64,000 bases of DNA. Source: a virus. Lineage: Duplodnaviria > Heunggongvirae > Uroviricota > Caudoviricetes. The translations under genes and the position numbers were made by a program. How positions within the stretch are numbered: the first letter of the stretch is position 1; every line of letters begins with the position of its first letter. This document shows positions 10,023 through 19,762 of the stretch, one piece after another. The DNA is taken from IMG/VR virus record IMGVR_UViG_2703718819_000006. One strand, 5' to 3'. Under the pieces are notes generated by a model. The model did not search any database and was not told where the DNA came from. It saw only the letters and a program-made list of their open reading frames with translations.

Positions 10023-10042
10023 TAGATAATTACTTACCTATC
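10023..10042. promoter_or_regulatory. family-2 palindrome TAGATAATTACTTACCTATC
   Basis: Overlaps TerL stop, 12 bp upstream of portal start. Confidence 0.4.
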
Positions 10043-11294
10043 GAGAACCACCAAGAATAACACGGTTTTTGACTGGATACCTACGATGTACTGGATAGCC
10101 CAATGCGTCTGCACTATGCTCAATGCCACCTGTCTTATCCATATCTCGTGTTCCAGGCTTGTAGATGACTTTTTCCAGTGAATCAATCAAATGCTTGCAC
10201 TTCGGATCGATATACAACCGGATATCTCCAGATGCGGTCATCAGCATTCGGTTAACAGCATTAACACGATCCGCAATTGGCGGGTGCTTTTTCGAATAAT
10301 CGACACGTAAGAATCCCTTCTCTTTGAATATGTCGACGTCAGACTCCCCGCGAGCATGTTGGCGATAAGCACCTGCCGGATCTGGAAATACCGTTATCTG
10401 TGATTTCCAGCGCCAGAAGCGTCTCTCAAGCTCATCACAAACCTCTGCCGTGTTAGAGGAAAAGAGCACCAGTTCATCAATTGCCCATAGCTCACCGTTT
10501 GGCTGAGGTTGCAAAATTACGGAAGACATCGGGTCAATGTTGAAGTCCTGCCCTACCCATATAGGCAACCGAGGGTTGAACTGAAGCGGTTTTACATGCA
10601 CGTTACGATCGAACGGGTAGTAAACGCGCCCGGACATATTTTCAAAGCTGGCCAGGTACTCCTGAGCGAACGATTTAGGGTCCATATCGTTCTTAGCAGC
10701 TTCAATTTCCGCCGTAGGCACAAACGGAGAATCAGCAGTTACAAACTGCCAGCTCTTCCACTGTCCCTTTCTTTGCAGCTCTACGTTCTGGCCTATAGTC
10801 CACAGTTTGTGAAATTCCGAGAAGCCTTTTGGCGTACCAATGATCAGTGCACCGCCGCGTGTCGATGAAAGGGTAGGTCGTAGCACCTTGTACCAGGTGT
10901 CAGCCTTCATATCCTGAAATTCATCAAGCACTACAAAATGCAATGCAACGCCGCGCAGAGTGTCAGGCTTATCAGCACCTTTGAGGGCGATCTCCGAACC
11001 GTTCTTCAACACGATTGTCATCGTGGTGTCGTTCTTTTTCCTAACCCACTTACGAGGCAGAACTTCCTGTATATCGTCCCACAAAATCTGGCGAGCCATC
11101 TGGTAAGTAGGAGCGACATACCAGACCCTTTGCTTTTTTTCCTTTGCCGCCGCACGAATAATAGTGGAGATCGACAACCGGGATTTTCCCCAGCGTCGAC
11201 CAGCACAAACAACTTTAAATCGATGCGGAGACTGGAAGACTTTCATCTGTCCAGAATGCAGTTGCACAAGACTGAGCGAGGACGGGATTGCCAT
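10038..11294 (-). CDS. terminase large subunit
   Basis: 418 aa; N-terminal Walker A (VVCAGRRWGKS), Walker B-like VLDEFQD, C-terminal nuclease-like region; preceded by small-terminase-like gene. Confidence 0.8.
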   Translation of the reverse strand: MAIPSSLSLVQLHSGQMKVFQSPHRFKVVCAGRRWGKSRLSISTIIRAAAKEKKQRVWYVAPTYQMARQILWDDIQEVLPRKWVRKKNDTTMTIVLKNGSEIALKGADKPDTLRGVALHFVVLDEFQDMKADTWYKVLRPTLSSTRGGALIIGTPKGFSEFHKLWTIGQNVELQRKGQWKSWQFVTADSPFVPTAEIEAAKNDMDPKSFAQEYLASFENMSGRVYYPFDRNVHVKPLQFNPRLPIWVGQDFNIDPMSSVILQPQPNGELWAIDELVLFSSNTAEVCDELERRFWRWKSQITVFPDPAGAYRQHARGESDVDIFKEKGFLRVDYSKKHPPIADRVNAVNRMLMTASGDIRLYIDPKCKHLIDSLEKVIYKPGTRDMDKTGGIEHSADALGYPVHRRYPVKNRVILGGSR

Positions 11295-11926
11295 TATTCG
11301 TCCTCCCCTTCACTTCCATCATCTGTCGCATCAAATTCGCTTAGAGCTTCTTCTTCCAACGTCTCAAGCAATTCGTCATCGATGATTTCAGGCTCGTCGT
11401 CTTCCTGACGTAATTTCGCCACCTGGGAAGGCGTAAGCTCACCAAATACCAGGTTCGGAATTTCTTCCTCGTCATTTTCCGCATGATCCATGCCCAATGC
11501 TTTGGACGAAACTTCAAAGCATTTTGCAAGGGTATTACTGGCTCTCTGTAAGCTCTTGAGAGAATCCTCAATCGCCCCTAAAGGCTTACCCTCACGTTTG
11601 GCCGTAGTGACTTCGACCATCACCATCTGCCCCAACGCATACGCCCAGCCGTCATAACGTGTACGACGTTCTTCTATCTTTTCCGCACGGGCTTTAGCGC
11701 GAAGCTCTGCGTCAGATTTAAGAGACTCACGAACCATCTTCCCAACAGAGTCCGCGCCTTTCTCTAATCCTCGCTTTTTGAAATGTCTGGAGAGTGTTTC
11801 ACGACGAATGCCGTACTCTTCCTCCAGCTTTGAGAGTGTATATTCGCCTGACGTCCATTTGGCTTCAGCTTCGGCCCACTCCGCTGGTGTCAGGCGAGTT
11901 TTTACCTCGTCTTTTTCGACCGTCAT
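11294..11926 (-). CDS. terminase small subunit (HTH N-terminus, acidic C-terminus)
   Basis: 210 aa; N-terminal HTH-like segment (TLSKLEEEYGIRRETLSRHFKKRG), strongly acidic tail; stop overlaps TerL start. Confidence 0.5.
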   Translation of the reverse strand: MTVEKDEVKTRLTPAEWAEAEAKWTSGEYTLSKLEEEYGIRRETLSRHFKKRGLEKGADSVGKMVRESLKSDAELRAKARAEKIEERRTRYDGWAYALGQMVMVEVTTAKREGKPLGAIEDSLKSLQRASNTLAKCFEVSSKALGMDHAENDEEEIPNLVFGELTPSQVAKLRQEDDEPEIIDDELLETLEEEALSEFDATDDGSEGEDE

Positions 11927-12022
11927 AGATCCCTCTAAAACACACAGAGCGCGTCCATGCGCTCTAAAACAACTTGTTTACTGCATCTGCTAACCAACTT
12001 GTTTTCTGGGGTGTTTAATTAG

Positions 12023-12119
12023 GTCTGGCATGTCTTACGAAGCCTGCTTCCGTATATATATTTAATAAGTTACTTATTATTTATATACAGAAGCAGGTCT
12101 TTAAATAAGCTCCCAGACC
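12023..12119. repeat. nested long palindrome (core 12043-12098, arms CCTGCTTCCGTATATA / TATATACAGAAGCAGG around AT-rich palindromic loop; outer GGTCTGG/CCAGACC)
   Basis: Seen in sequence; near-identical copy at 42072-42130. Confidence 0.7.
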
Positions 12120-12121
12120 GA

Positions 12122-12388
12122 TTACATCACCAGTAACTTCGCTTTGGCTCGACCTAAAGTAGTTAACCCAAGAGTTCGGCGGTGATAGCGATTGTCACTG
12201 CGTTGGCGCGTATGCCCTTTCTCCACCAGCCCCTTTTTTATCAGAGCGCGAATTGAGAACTGGATACTTTGCTTGGTTGTCTTGTACGGCAAAACTTCAA
12301 GCAATTCGTCCAGGTCAAGTAGATGACCTCGCTCATAACCGAGATTGAGCGTTTTGATGATGTCCTTTTGTTTATCGGTTAACGTCAT
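12122..12388 (-). CDS. small basic protein, possible DNA-binding regulator
   Basis: 88 aa, Lys/Arg-rich; no motif-level assignment. Confidence 0.3.
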   Translation of the reverse strand: MTLTDKQKDIIKTLNLGYERGHLLDLDELLEVLPYKTTKQSIQFSIRALIKKGLVEKGHTRQRSDNRYHRRTLGLTTLGRAKAKLLVM

Positions 12389-12397
12389 GGCAAATCC

Positions 12398-13297
12398 TTA
12401 TGCCGGTAAAGCAATTTCTAACGGTTTATCCAAAGGTTGTTTGTCGAATGCCAGCAGTGGCAGCGTGTCAGGCAGTCGACGACCAAAGTCAGGGTTTCGA
12501 TACACACCATACAACGGAGACGTAAAGCTCAGGTTGTGAATGTCCTTGAGCAGCTTCACAATGCTGGCCTCGTCCACCAGACTGTCGGCAATGTCCTGAA
12601 TCGTCGTGCCACGATTCCGCCCAGCTTTTGCCAGGGAACTGTTCTTGTGGTAGTCCGCCACCAGATCACGCAGTGCACGGCGACGACGAGACTCGCTCAT
12701 AGCGAACAACTCTTTGACGATCGCCTCGTTATCACCCGGGTCGGAGCGGAAATGGCGCTGGAACACACGCAGTGCACTTTCATAGCTCTTCGGTCGCTCA
12801 GGGCGGATGAACTTAAACCCTGCTTTCATGGCGAAGGGATTGTATTTGCTCATCGATGACTGGATCTCAATGATTGGCCGGTCATGCATCCTGCTAACCA
12901 GGTTAATCATTCGATAAGAGACGCCTACGCCACGGTACTGAGTATCCACAACTGAGCGGCTGATCACCGCAAAGTTGTTATTCACGTACCGGCCCCAGTA
13001 CTGGTTAGCCACGGTGGTATTGGTGGTTGGTTTCAACTTAGGAAACATGCGATGGCGAGGTGCCAGCAGAAGTTTCGGGTAAGCCATAACCACGACGCCC
13101 ACCAGACGGTCATCCAGTTCGCAGCGATAGTATGTTGGCGCGAAAGGTTTGCCGTCTGTTTTGTAGTGAAGCGACTTAAGAGCGTGCCAGTCCTCTACAG
13201 TTCCCTTTGTGACAGTCATTCGCTCCAGAAAGTCCAGATGACGCGGAAACTCTTCAGGGCGGTAGCGTTTGATGATGATATCTGCCATGTCGATCAC
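12398..13297 (-). CDS. hypothetical protein (possible GNAT-like motif RGVGVSYRMI), last gene of ParB/ATPase operon
   Basis: 299 aa; start overlaps stop of 13294..13548. Confidence 0.35.
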   Translation of the reverse strand: MIDMADIIIKRYRPEEFPRHLDFLERMTVTKGTVEDWHALKSLHYKTDGKPFAPTYYRCELDDRLVGVVVMAYPKLLLAPRHRMFPKLKPTTNTTVANQYWGRYVNNNFAVISRSVVDTQYRGVGVSYRMINLVSRMHDRPIIEIQSSMSKYNPFAMKAGFKFIRPERPKSYESALRVFQRHFRSDPGDNEAIVKELFAMSESRRRRALRDLVADYHKNSSLAKAGRNRGTTIQDIADSLVDEASIVKLLKDIHNLSFTSPLYGVYRNPDFGRRLPDTLPLLAFDKQPLDKPLEIALPA

Positions 13298-13548
13298 CTG
13301 CGCTCGATATTGGCATTGATGAAATCCAGGCGAAGAGACTCCATCGCCCCTACCATGACATACGGGCGCCCGCCGTTATGCCAGCAATCAAGAACACTGC
13401 CGTCGTTGTTGATCATCAACAGCGCCAGGCTCTGGCTTTTTCCTTCTCTGGCGTGCTGAAGTGCTTCTTCCAGCAGGCGGATGACTTCCACGTTGTTGTT
13501 ATCAGTCTCTTTCGATGGCTTCAGCTCTACGATCTTCAAATCAGGCAT
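13294..13548 (-). CDS. hypothetical small protein in ParB/ATPase operon
   Basis: 84 aa; overlapping start/stop with both neighbours. Confidence 0.35.
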   Translation of the reverse strand: MPDLKIVELKPSKETDNNNVEVIRLLEEALQHAREGKSQSLALLMINNDGSVLDCWHNGGRPYVMVGAMESLRLDFINANIERR

Positions 13549-14179
13549 ATTCCACCTTCACGCGTTCTTTGTAGTGCTTGGTGATCTGCATATCCGGGCG
13601 CAGCGCGTTCTTCAGGTCTTCGTGAGTCGTCGCCACCATTACCGTCGCACCAACCTTTCGAGCGGCACGCTGGAGGTTAGATGCCACAACCTGAGCGGTT
13701 ACACGGTCTAGAACAGCACCGAACTCGTCAGCAGCCCACACTTTAGCGCCTGACTCAATCAGTTTGGCAATCTTGAGACGATATTTCTGGCCGTCTGACA
13801 TTTCAGAAGGCTTGCGAACAAACAGATATGCATCGTTCAGACCAGCCATAGATAACAACCCAAGCGCATCACTGGTCGTTTTGCCCAACTGATCGATGAC
13901 GTTAACCTCATTATCGAAGGTAAAATCATCGATGGAGGCTACAGACAGCCCTTCATCCTTCATCTGTCGTTGCAACTCGCGCAGCACAACGGATTTGCCG
14001 GAACCGGATTGGCCGGTGATGTACACCACATCGCCCTGCTTCACTTCCAGCTCCAGATTGTCGTAAAGCGTCCACTCTTTTTCGTCCAGGCCAAGCCCGA
14101 ACGACTCAGCGATTTCCAACGTGCGCGTGGTTTTATTTACGCGTGTCTGAAACGATACGTTGATGATGTATTTGCTCAT
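13541..14179 (-). CDS. minimal ABC-type ATPase (nucleotide-binding-domain-like)
   Basis: 212 aa; Walker A GQSGSGKS, signature-like SDGQKYRL, Walker B VWAADEF, H-loop-like TTHED. Confidence 0.6.
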   Translation of the reverse strand: MSKYIINVSFQTRVNKTTRTLEIAESFGLGLDEKEWTLYDNLELEVKQGDVVYITGQSGSGKSVVLRELQRQMKDEGLSVASIDDFTFDNEVNVIDQLGKTTSDALGLLSMAGLNDAYLFVRKPSEMSDGQKYRLKIAKLIESGAKVWAADEFGAVLDRVTAQVVASNLQRAARKVGATVMVATTHEDLKNALRPDMQITKHYKERVKVEYA

Positions 14180-14877
14180 GCAGCCATCTCCCCGGAAGAG
14201 ATCTTCTCCGCATATGCCACAAATGCGTCTACCCCGCTTTCTCCCGTCATTTCTTCCATGTGGGCAAGCAAATCACCAACAACAATGGCAGAGCCAGCAG
14301 GAAGCGTTTTAAAGCCCAATACGTCGACAACACGTACTTCTTCCGCTGCAACTTCACGACTGATCTCGGTGTGTTCATCCTTCTGTCGTTTAGTTTCTTC
14401 GCCAAGATCGATAACTAGCGAGTCGGTGTCCATTTCTTCTGTCATACTGCCAACGAGAACATTCAACTCACGCTCTTCGAAGCCGAAAACCTCGATATCG
14501 TCCAGAACAAGCGACTCAAGCTCTTTCTGTAGCTTAATTGCATCGTAATCAATGCTGGCAAGTCGGTTATCTTCAAGGCGCTTTGCACGTACCTCGTCAT
14601 CACTCAGATCATCACGAACAATAACCGGTACGCGCTCAAGTCCAGCAAAAATTGCAGCCTCACGGCGGCCGTGGCCAGTAATAATTACGTCGTTCTTATC
14701 GACCGTAATTGGCTGGTCAAATCCGCGCTTTTTAATGGCTGCGGCCAGATCTCTGATCTGCTGTTCATCATGCTTTTTGGCATTCATCTCATAGGGAATA
14801 AGATCTGCCGGGTCGCGATATACGATTTCAAACTTTTTGGTCATTACATACGCTCCTTGTAGTAGTCGACCAGCCAC
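14176..14877 (-). CDS. ParB-like (ParB/Srx fold) domain protein
   Basis: 233 aa; N-terminal ParB-type box (IITGHGRREAA) with acidic C-terminus. Confidence 0.55.
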   Translation of the reverse strand: MAGRLLQGAYVMTKKFEIVYRDPADLIPYEMNAKKHDEQQIRDLAAAIKKRGFDQPITVDKNDVIITGHGRREAAIFAGLERVPVIVRDDLSDDEVRAKRLEDNRLASIDYDAIKLQKELESLVLDDIEVFGFEERELNVLVGSMTEEMDTDSLVIDLGEETKRQKDEHTEISREVAAEEVRVVDVLGFKTLPAGSAIVVGDLLAHMEEMTGESGVDAFVAYAEKISSGEMAA

Positions 14878-15542
14878 ACCAGAGCCTCACCAGCGTTCTC
14901 CATTTCATTACCGGTGTTAATAGCCTGCTCTTTGATGATGTTTTTTATGGTTTCTGCAACACGATCTGACGCATCGAAAGTTACTTTGAAGCGCATGGTC
15001 TGATGTTCCGCACCCACACGTTCGGTTTTCTCTCGTTTGTCGGTATCGACAGGCTCATCACTACCACGAGACAACGCCTCCAGTGCTTCAAGGTCGATTG
15101 CCGCCTCTTTTGCTAAAACCATCGAGATTTCGTCGTCATACGGAGCGATTTCAGACAGTTGATAGTCAAGTTCTGACTGAATTTCTTCAATGAAGCGTTG
15201 CAATGCGATTTGGTCGTCTTCACCGTATCGCTCGTTGTCCACCAGTGACATCTGTTTAGCTACGACATCGCTAATTTTGCCCACAGAAAGCACCGGAACC
15301 GTTGAAATTCCTTGCTCAATAGCAGCACGCCAGCGATGTTCACCTCCGAGAATTTCAAAAAATCCACCTTCAAGTTCACGAGCCAAAATTGGCTTAAAAA
15401 AGCCCAATTTTTCGATAGAACCTTTCAGTTTTTCAAAATTCTGCGCACCAACCGAATTGGTGTTCCAGGTATTCGGGCGAAGGTTGGCAACATCAACCTG
15501 CAAAATCGTGATTTTTACATCCATTTTATTGCTACAATCCAC
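14844..15542 (-). CDS. ParB-like (ParB/Srx fold) domain protein
   Basis: 232 aa; N-terminal ParB-type box (EILGGEHRWRAAIEQG). Confidence 0.55.
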   Translation of the reverse strand: MDCSNKMDVKITILQVDVANLRPNTWNTNSVGAQNFEKLKGSIEKLGFFKPILARELEGGFFEILGGEHRWRAAIEQGISTVPVLSVGKISDVVAKQMSLVDNERYGEDDQIALQRFIEEIQSELDYQLSEIAPYDDEISMVLAKEAAIDLEALEALSRGSDEPVDTDKREKTERVGAEHQTMRFKVTFDASDRVAETIKNIIKEQAINTGNEMENAGEALVWLVDYYKERM

Positions 15543-15543
15543 T

Positions 15544-15561
15544 AAGTAATTACTTACTTAT
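15544..15561. promoter_or_regulatory. family-2 palindrome TAAGTAATTACTTACTTA in divergent gap
   Basis: Perfect palindrome between ParB-like operon start (15542) and helicase start (15607). Confidence 0.5.
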
Positions 15562-15606
15562 TATAATAGCCAAATAACATACAAAAGGCACTAAGGAAAG
15601 AGGTTT

Positions 15607-17166
15607 ATGACTGTTCGGATTGTATCTAACGCAGTAAATGCGCTTATTTCTGGCGCAGATGACAAGGTAAAGCAACTGGTGCAGCAAATGTTGAGCTACG
15701 AAGTCGAGACTGGCGACTGGAAGGGCACAAGCACGATGTTCAACTGGAGTAAAAACTCGTTCCCTGCTGGCTTTGCCAAGCCTGTAGCGGCGAACTTGAA
15801 CAAGGCGGGCATCAAATGTGTTCATATCCGCAAAGACAAAGCCCCGGCGCTTGGTAAACCAAATCCGGCGGTTAACCCATTCCCATACAATCCTGATTAT
15901 GCGTATCAGGATCAGACTGTGGAAACACTGGTTCGAGAGGGAATGATGATTGCGCAGATCGCTACTGGTGGCGGGAAATCTAACGTTGCCTGCAAAGCAG
16001 CTGCACGTATCGGTCGAATGACATTATTTTTAACAACCCGCTCTGTTCTGATGTTTCAAATGGCCGAAAACTTCCAGAGATCCATCGACTACCGCGCCGA
16101 AAATGGCGAACCGTGGTTAAAGGGCCAAAAGGTTGGAGTCATTGGCTCGGGTGAGTTCCAGGTATCACGACATATCAACGTCGCTACAGTTCAAACTCTG
16201 GCAAGTTTCCTTGAAGAACCACCACGCGATGCAACACCAGATAAAAAGAGCTACCACCTCAAACGTCGGGAGTTGGTGAAACGCTTCCTTTCAAGTGTGT
16301 CTCTGCTTATTCTGGAAGAAGCGCATGAGTCTTCAGGCTCTAATTTCTATGACATTGCCAGATTATGTGTGAACGCAGACTATCGTCTGGCGCTTACAGC
16401 CACGCCGTTCATGAAGGATTCGACGGAAGCCAACATGCGCCTGATGGCGGTGGCCGGGCGAATTGAAATTAAAGTCACAGAAAAGTACCTGATTGATCGA
16501 GGCATTCTGGCAAAGCCGTACTTCCTTTATCATAAAGTTGCCTACAAGCCAGACGAGGCCAGAATCAAGGCCGAACTTGCCAACAAACACCTCAATTTTA
16601 GAGTTGGTATGAGCACCGCCTACCAAAAGGCTTATCAGTTGGGGATCGTGTATAATTTGGGACGTAACGAGGCCATAGTGCGCGAGGCATTGCTTTATAA
16701 GCAACATTCACTCAACTGCATGACTCTGGTTCGTCTTAAACGCCACGGGCAAATCCTGATGGAGATGATGAAGGAGTCAGGTCTTAAAGTTGATTTCATC
16801 TATGGGGAATCTAACCAGACGACAAGGCAAGCAAAGCTGAATAGTTTAGCGTCTGGTGAAATAGATGTTTTAATAGGCTCGACTATTCTGGATGTTGGTG
16901 TTGATGTGCCAAGCGTTGGTGCGGTCATTCTTGCTGGTGGTGGGAAAGCAGAAGTTGAAATGAGACAGCGTGTCGGTCGTGGCTTACGAGCCAAAAAAAA
17001 TCAGGCAAACGTGTGTTTTATCACTGATTTCATTGACATTAGCAACAAATACCTGTTGTCTCACTCTTATGAGCGAAAACACATCATCGACACCACACCT
17101 GGCTTTGCAGAAGGTGTATTGCCTATTGATGGAGCATTCGATTTTGGAGTTCTGAAACGAGATTAG
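15607..17166 (+). CDS. superfamily-2 (DEAD/DEAH-type) helicase
   Basis: 519 aa; motif I ATGGGKS, motif II LILEEAHE, motif III LTATP, motif VI VGRGLR; good SD (AGGAAAGAGG) upstream. Confidence 0.75.
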   Translation: MTVRIVSNAVNALISGADDKVKQLVQQMLSYEVETGDWKGTSTMFNWSKNSFPAGFAKPVAANLNKAGIKCVHIRKDKAPALGKPNPAVNPFPYNPDYAYQDQTVETLVREGMMIAQIATGGGKSNVACKAAARIGRMTLFLTTRSVLMFQMAENFQRSIDYRAENGEPWLKGQKVGVIGSGEFQVSRHINVATVQTLASFLEEPPRDATPDKKSYHLKRRELVKRFLSSVSLLILEEAHESSGSNFYDIARLCVNADYRLALTATPFMKDSTEANMRLMAVAGRIEIKVTEKYLIDRGILAKPYFLYHKVAYKPDEARIKAELANKHLNFRVGMSTAYQKAYQLGIVYNLGRNEAIVREALLYKQHSLNCMTLVRLKRHGQILMEMMKESGLKVDFIYGESNQTTRQAKLNSLASGEIDVLIGSTILDVGVDVPSVGAVILAGGGKAEVEMRQRVGRGLRAKKNQANVCFITDFIDISNKYLLSHSYERKHIIDTTPGFAEGVLPIDGAFDFGVLKRD

Positions 17167-17168
17167 TT

Positions 17169-17447
17169 ATGAGTGAAAAGAAAACAACTTACTGTCAGGT
17201 AGCATTGTCTGATAAGGCCAATGACAAACTTGGAAAGTTTCAAGTGAAACTAAAAGAAAAAAATATCAAAATGTCTAAGGCTGAAGTCATAAATACCATT
17301 CTGGAACAATTGACAATGGCCGACTTTGACAAGGTTATATCTTCTGTCGGGGCTTCCGCTAAGACTCGTGAGAAAATCATGCGTATCTATGAGAACTCTA
17401 ATATGACAAAGGAAGATCTCGAAACGCTATTAAGCAGATTAAAATAA
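17169..17447 (+). CDS. hypothetical protein
   Basis: 92 aa ORF, start 3 bp after helicase stop. Confidence 0.4.
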   Translation: MSEKKTTYCQVALSDKANDKLGKFQVKLKEKNIKMSKAEVINTILEQLTMADFDKVISSVGASAKTREKIMRIYENSNMTKEDLETLLSRLK

Positions 17448-17473
17448 TCACGCTATCAATTAGGGAGACAAAG

Positions 17474-17938
17474 ATGAAGTCTCCCATACTGTTCACTTTC
17501 TGTTCTAAAACTATCATGAAATACTCGCTTCTCCCTCTACTAACGTTACCAGTGTTGATGCTTACCGCGTGCCAATCACGCCCAATATCAATCCATGACG
17601 CCAAACCAGCACCGCAGGCCAAAGTGTTCAAGTATCAAAGCGCAGCGCCAGCTACGTTGGTGGTAATGAGAGACACAGGTTTTGTAGGAGCTGGATGTGA
17701 TGCTTCCATTTTCATCAACGGCGAAACTGTCGCAAAACTGGCTACAGGCGAAAAAGCGACTTTCCATTTAAATGCCGGAGAATTAATTGTGGGTGCATCT
17801 CTTGAAGGTGCAGGTTTATGTGCTCTAAACCCCGCTCGTCAAGAGCGGGAAACGACTCTGAAGAATGGAGACACAAAAGCGTTCAGGGTGTTCACCAGCA
17901 ATTCTGGTGACATCGACATTCTGCCAACAACTCTGTGA
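17474..17938 (+). CDS. putative lipoprotein
   Basis: 154 aa; hydrophobic N-terminus ending in lipobox-like LTAC; SD GGGAGA upstream. Confidence 0.45.
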   Translation: MKSPILFTFCSKTIMKYSLLPLLTLPVLMLTACQSRPISIHDAKPAPQAKVFKYQSAAPATLVVMRDTGFVGAGCDASIFINGETVAKLATGEKATFHLNAGELIVGASLEGAGLCALNPARQERETTLKNGDTKAFRVFTSNSGDIDILPTTL

Positions 17939-17942
17939 TGAC

Positions 17943-18467
17943 ATGACAACCAAAGATATTACCTACGGTATCCAAGCTGAACTCTGGCCGCGAGATTACA
18001 CTAACGTTGAAAAACTACTGATGTTCTGGCGCAGAGAACAAATTCCTGTAAGGGTCACTCTCGAAGATGGCCAGGCGTTTTGCATGTACGTTTATGGCCT
18101 CATGCCATCTCGTAACAAAGTTGACCTTTGCCCAGCCCCTTTTGACAAAGAAAATCGCATAAGGCTCCCACTTGAACGCATTAGTACAATTGAATCAGGT
18201 GTGGTTGACAGTATCGCTCACGATTTCAAAGGTCGACTAACAGTTCACCCTGATTATGTCGATAATCGGCCATCACGCCGCGATTTTTTTGCAATTTGCA
18301 ACCAAGCCTACAAAGCAAACAAATCTATAAGGGTGTACATGGCGGATGGCCGTGAAATTGAGGGGGTGTCAGCAGGCGCAGATGCTTGTCAGGTTACACT
18401 ACGTGTCGAGAACGGTAGAAAAATAGTTGTTTTGTTCGATTGGGTTGAACGAATTTTGCCTTTTTGA
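17943..18467 (+). CDS. hypothetical protein (start at MTTKD, downstream of ORF-track start)
   Basis: ORF-track start 17865 overlaps previous gene; ATG at 17943 follows its stop. Confidence 0.4.
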   Translation: MTTKDITYGIQAELWPRDYTNVEKLLMFWRREQIPVRVTLEDGQAFCMYVYGLMPSRNKVDLCPAPFDKENRIRLPLERISTIESGVVDSIAHDFKGRLTVHPDYVDNRPSRRDFFAICNQAYKANKSIRVYMADGREIEGVSAGADACQVTLRVENGRKIVVLFDWVERILPF

Positions 18468-18470
18468 GTT

Positions 18471-18779
18471 ATGAAATCGATATTGTTACCACCATTATTT
18501 TTACTTTGCTCAGTTGCAGCAAATGCAATGGACTATAAGCCTGTCATTCAGTCGCTGATGAATGACGTGTGCTCAACGTCTCAGAATGTATCAGTTTGCA
18601 TGTATCAATTTTCGGCAGCCGTAAAAGCAGGAAAAGCGATAGGCGAGAATGTGGAACTGTGTAAGAAAGTGGCAAATGAAGAACGGGCAATGTTGGATTG
18701 CGAATCTAGCGAGTCATCGGCACAGTTCGTTGATGCGCTATTTGACACCAATCGTAAGGCTGTAGAGTCTGTTCAATAA
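18471..18779 (+). CDS. small secreted protein (signal peptide, Cys-containing)
   Basis: 102 aa; N-terminal hydrophobic segment ending ANA. Confidence 0.4.
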   Translation: MKSILLPPLFLLCSVAANAMDYKPVIQSLMNDVCSTSQNVSVCMYQFSAAVKAGKAIGENVELCKKVANEERAMLDCESSESSAQFVDALFDTNRKAVESVQ

Positions 18780-19063
18780 ATCTATAAGGTTAATAACCGG
18801 CTAAGTCCGGTTATTATTTTTCACATCACTTCTTTATATCTACAAATCAAATAACCTAAATATATATAAGGTCTAAAGCCGCAATCGATTATTTATTTAG
18901 GGAACACCTTCGACGATCTCGCTTTTATTTCTAGGACTTTCATCCCTGCAAAAAATTTTAAAAAAAACACTTGCAATCTTTTTTCGTATATCGATAATTG
19001 AACTCGTCGAAAGCGAAGACGCTAACGACAATAAATTATAAATTTACATAAGGAAAAATCATC

Positions 19064-19714
19064 ATGGCTAACATTATCATTTCTAAAAAATCCATCGTTG
19101 AAGCTGCTTCCATTGTATCCGATGAACTGCGCGAAAAAGCAGATCTGGCAACTCAAACATATAATGAACATTATAAAAATGGTACGCACACTAAAGCAGA
19201 CAAAGCAAATATGCAAGCTGCGACCACTAAACTTGCTTACTTCATCAACAACGTTGTAAACGCTGTTGAAGACGAAAAATTATGCTCTGTTTTCTACTAT
19301 GCAATCAAAGCAAGCAAACAAGCGCCAGAAGTATTTTTCCGTGATGCAATGACTAATAGTTATTCACTGGAAAAACTGGTTTATCTGGTTAAATCCATTA
19401 AAGCTGGTAAATGCGTTTATTCCGTCGCTGATATGTCTGGATCTCGTGTATTCGCTTTAATCGATATGATTAACGACGAGATCGACACGTTCACTAATGG
19501 CGCTGTTTTCGATTTAATGAATGAAGCTAAAAAAGCGTGCGAAATTAAATTGGACGCTGGCTATACTCAAGCCAACCAGTTGATCAATCTTTGCGAACGT
19601 CTTGGACTTGTTGAAAAAGTCAAAGGAGCTGGGAGCGCGAAAGCTGGCACTCAGCAATATCGCTTTATCAAGAATGATTTCTACAATTATTTAGCTGATG
19701 CTTTTAAAGCGTAA
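19064..19714 (+). CDS. hypothetical protein, AT-rich accessory gene
   Basis: 216 aa; preceded by AT-rich promoter-like gap and SD AAGGAAAAA; followed by hairpin. Confidence 0.5.
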   Translation: MANIIISKKSIVEAASIVSDELREKADLATQTYNEHYKNGTHTKADKANMQAATTKLAYFINNVVNAVEDEKLCSVFYYAIKASKQAPEVFFRDAMTNSYSLEKLVYLVKSIKAGKCVYSVADMSGSRVFALIDMINDEIDTFTNGAVFDLMNEAKKACEIKLDAGYTQANQLINLCERLGLVEKVKGAGSAKAGTQQYRFIKNDFYNYLADAFKA

Positions 19715-19762
19715 TTAATGGAATCAAGCGCCCACAGTGGGCGCTTTAAAGGAGCTTTAAAA

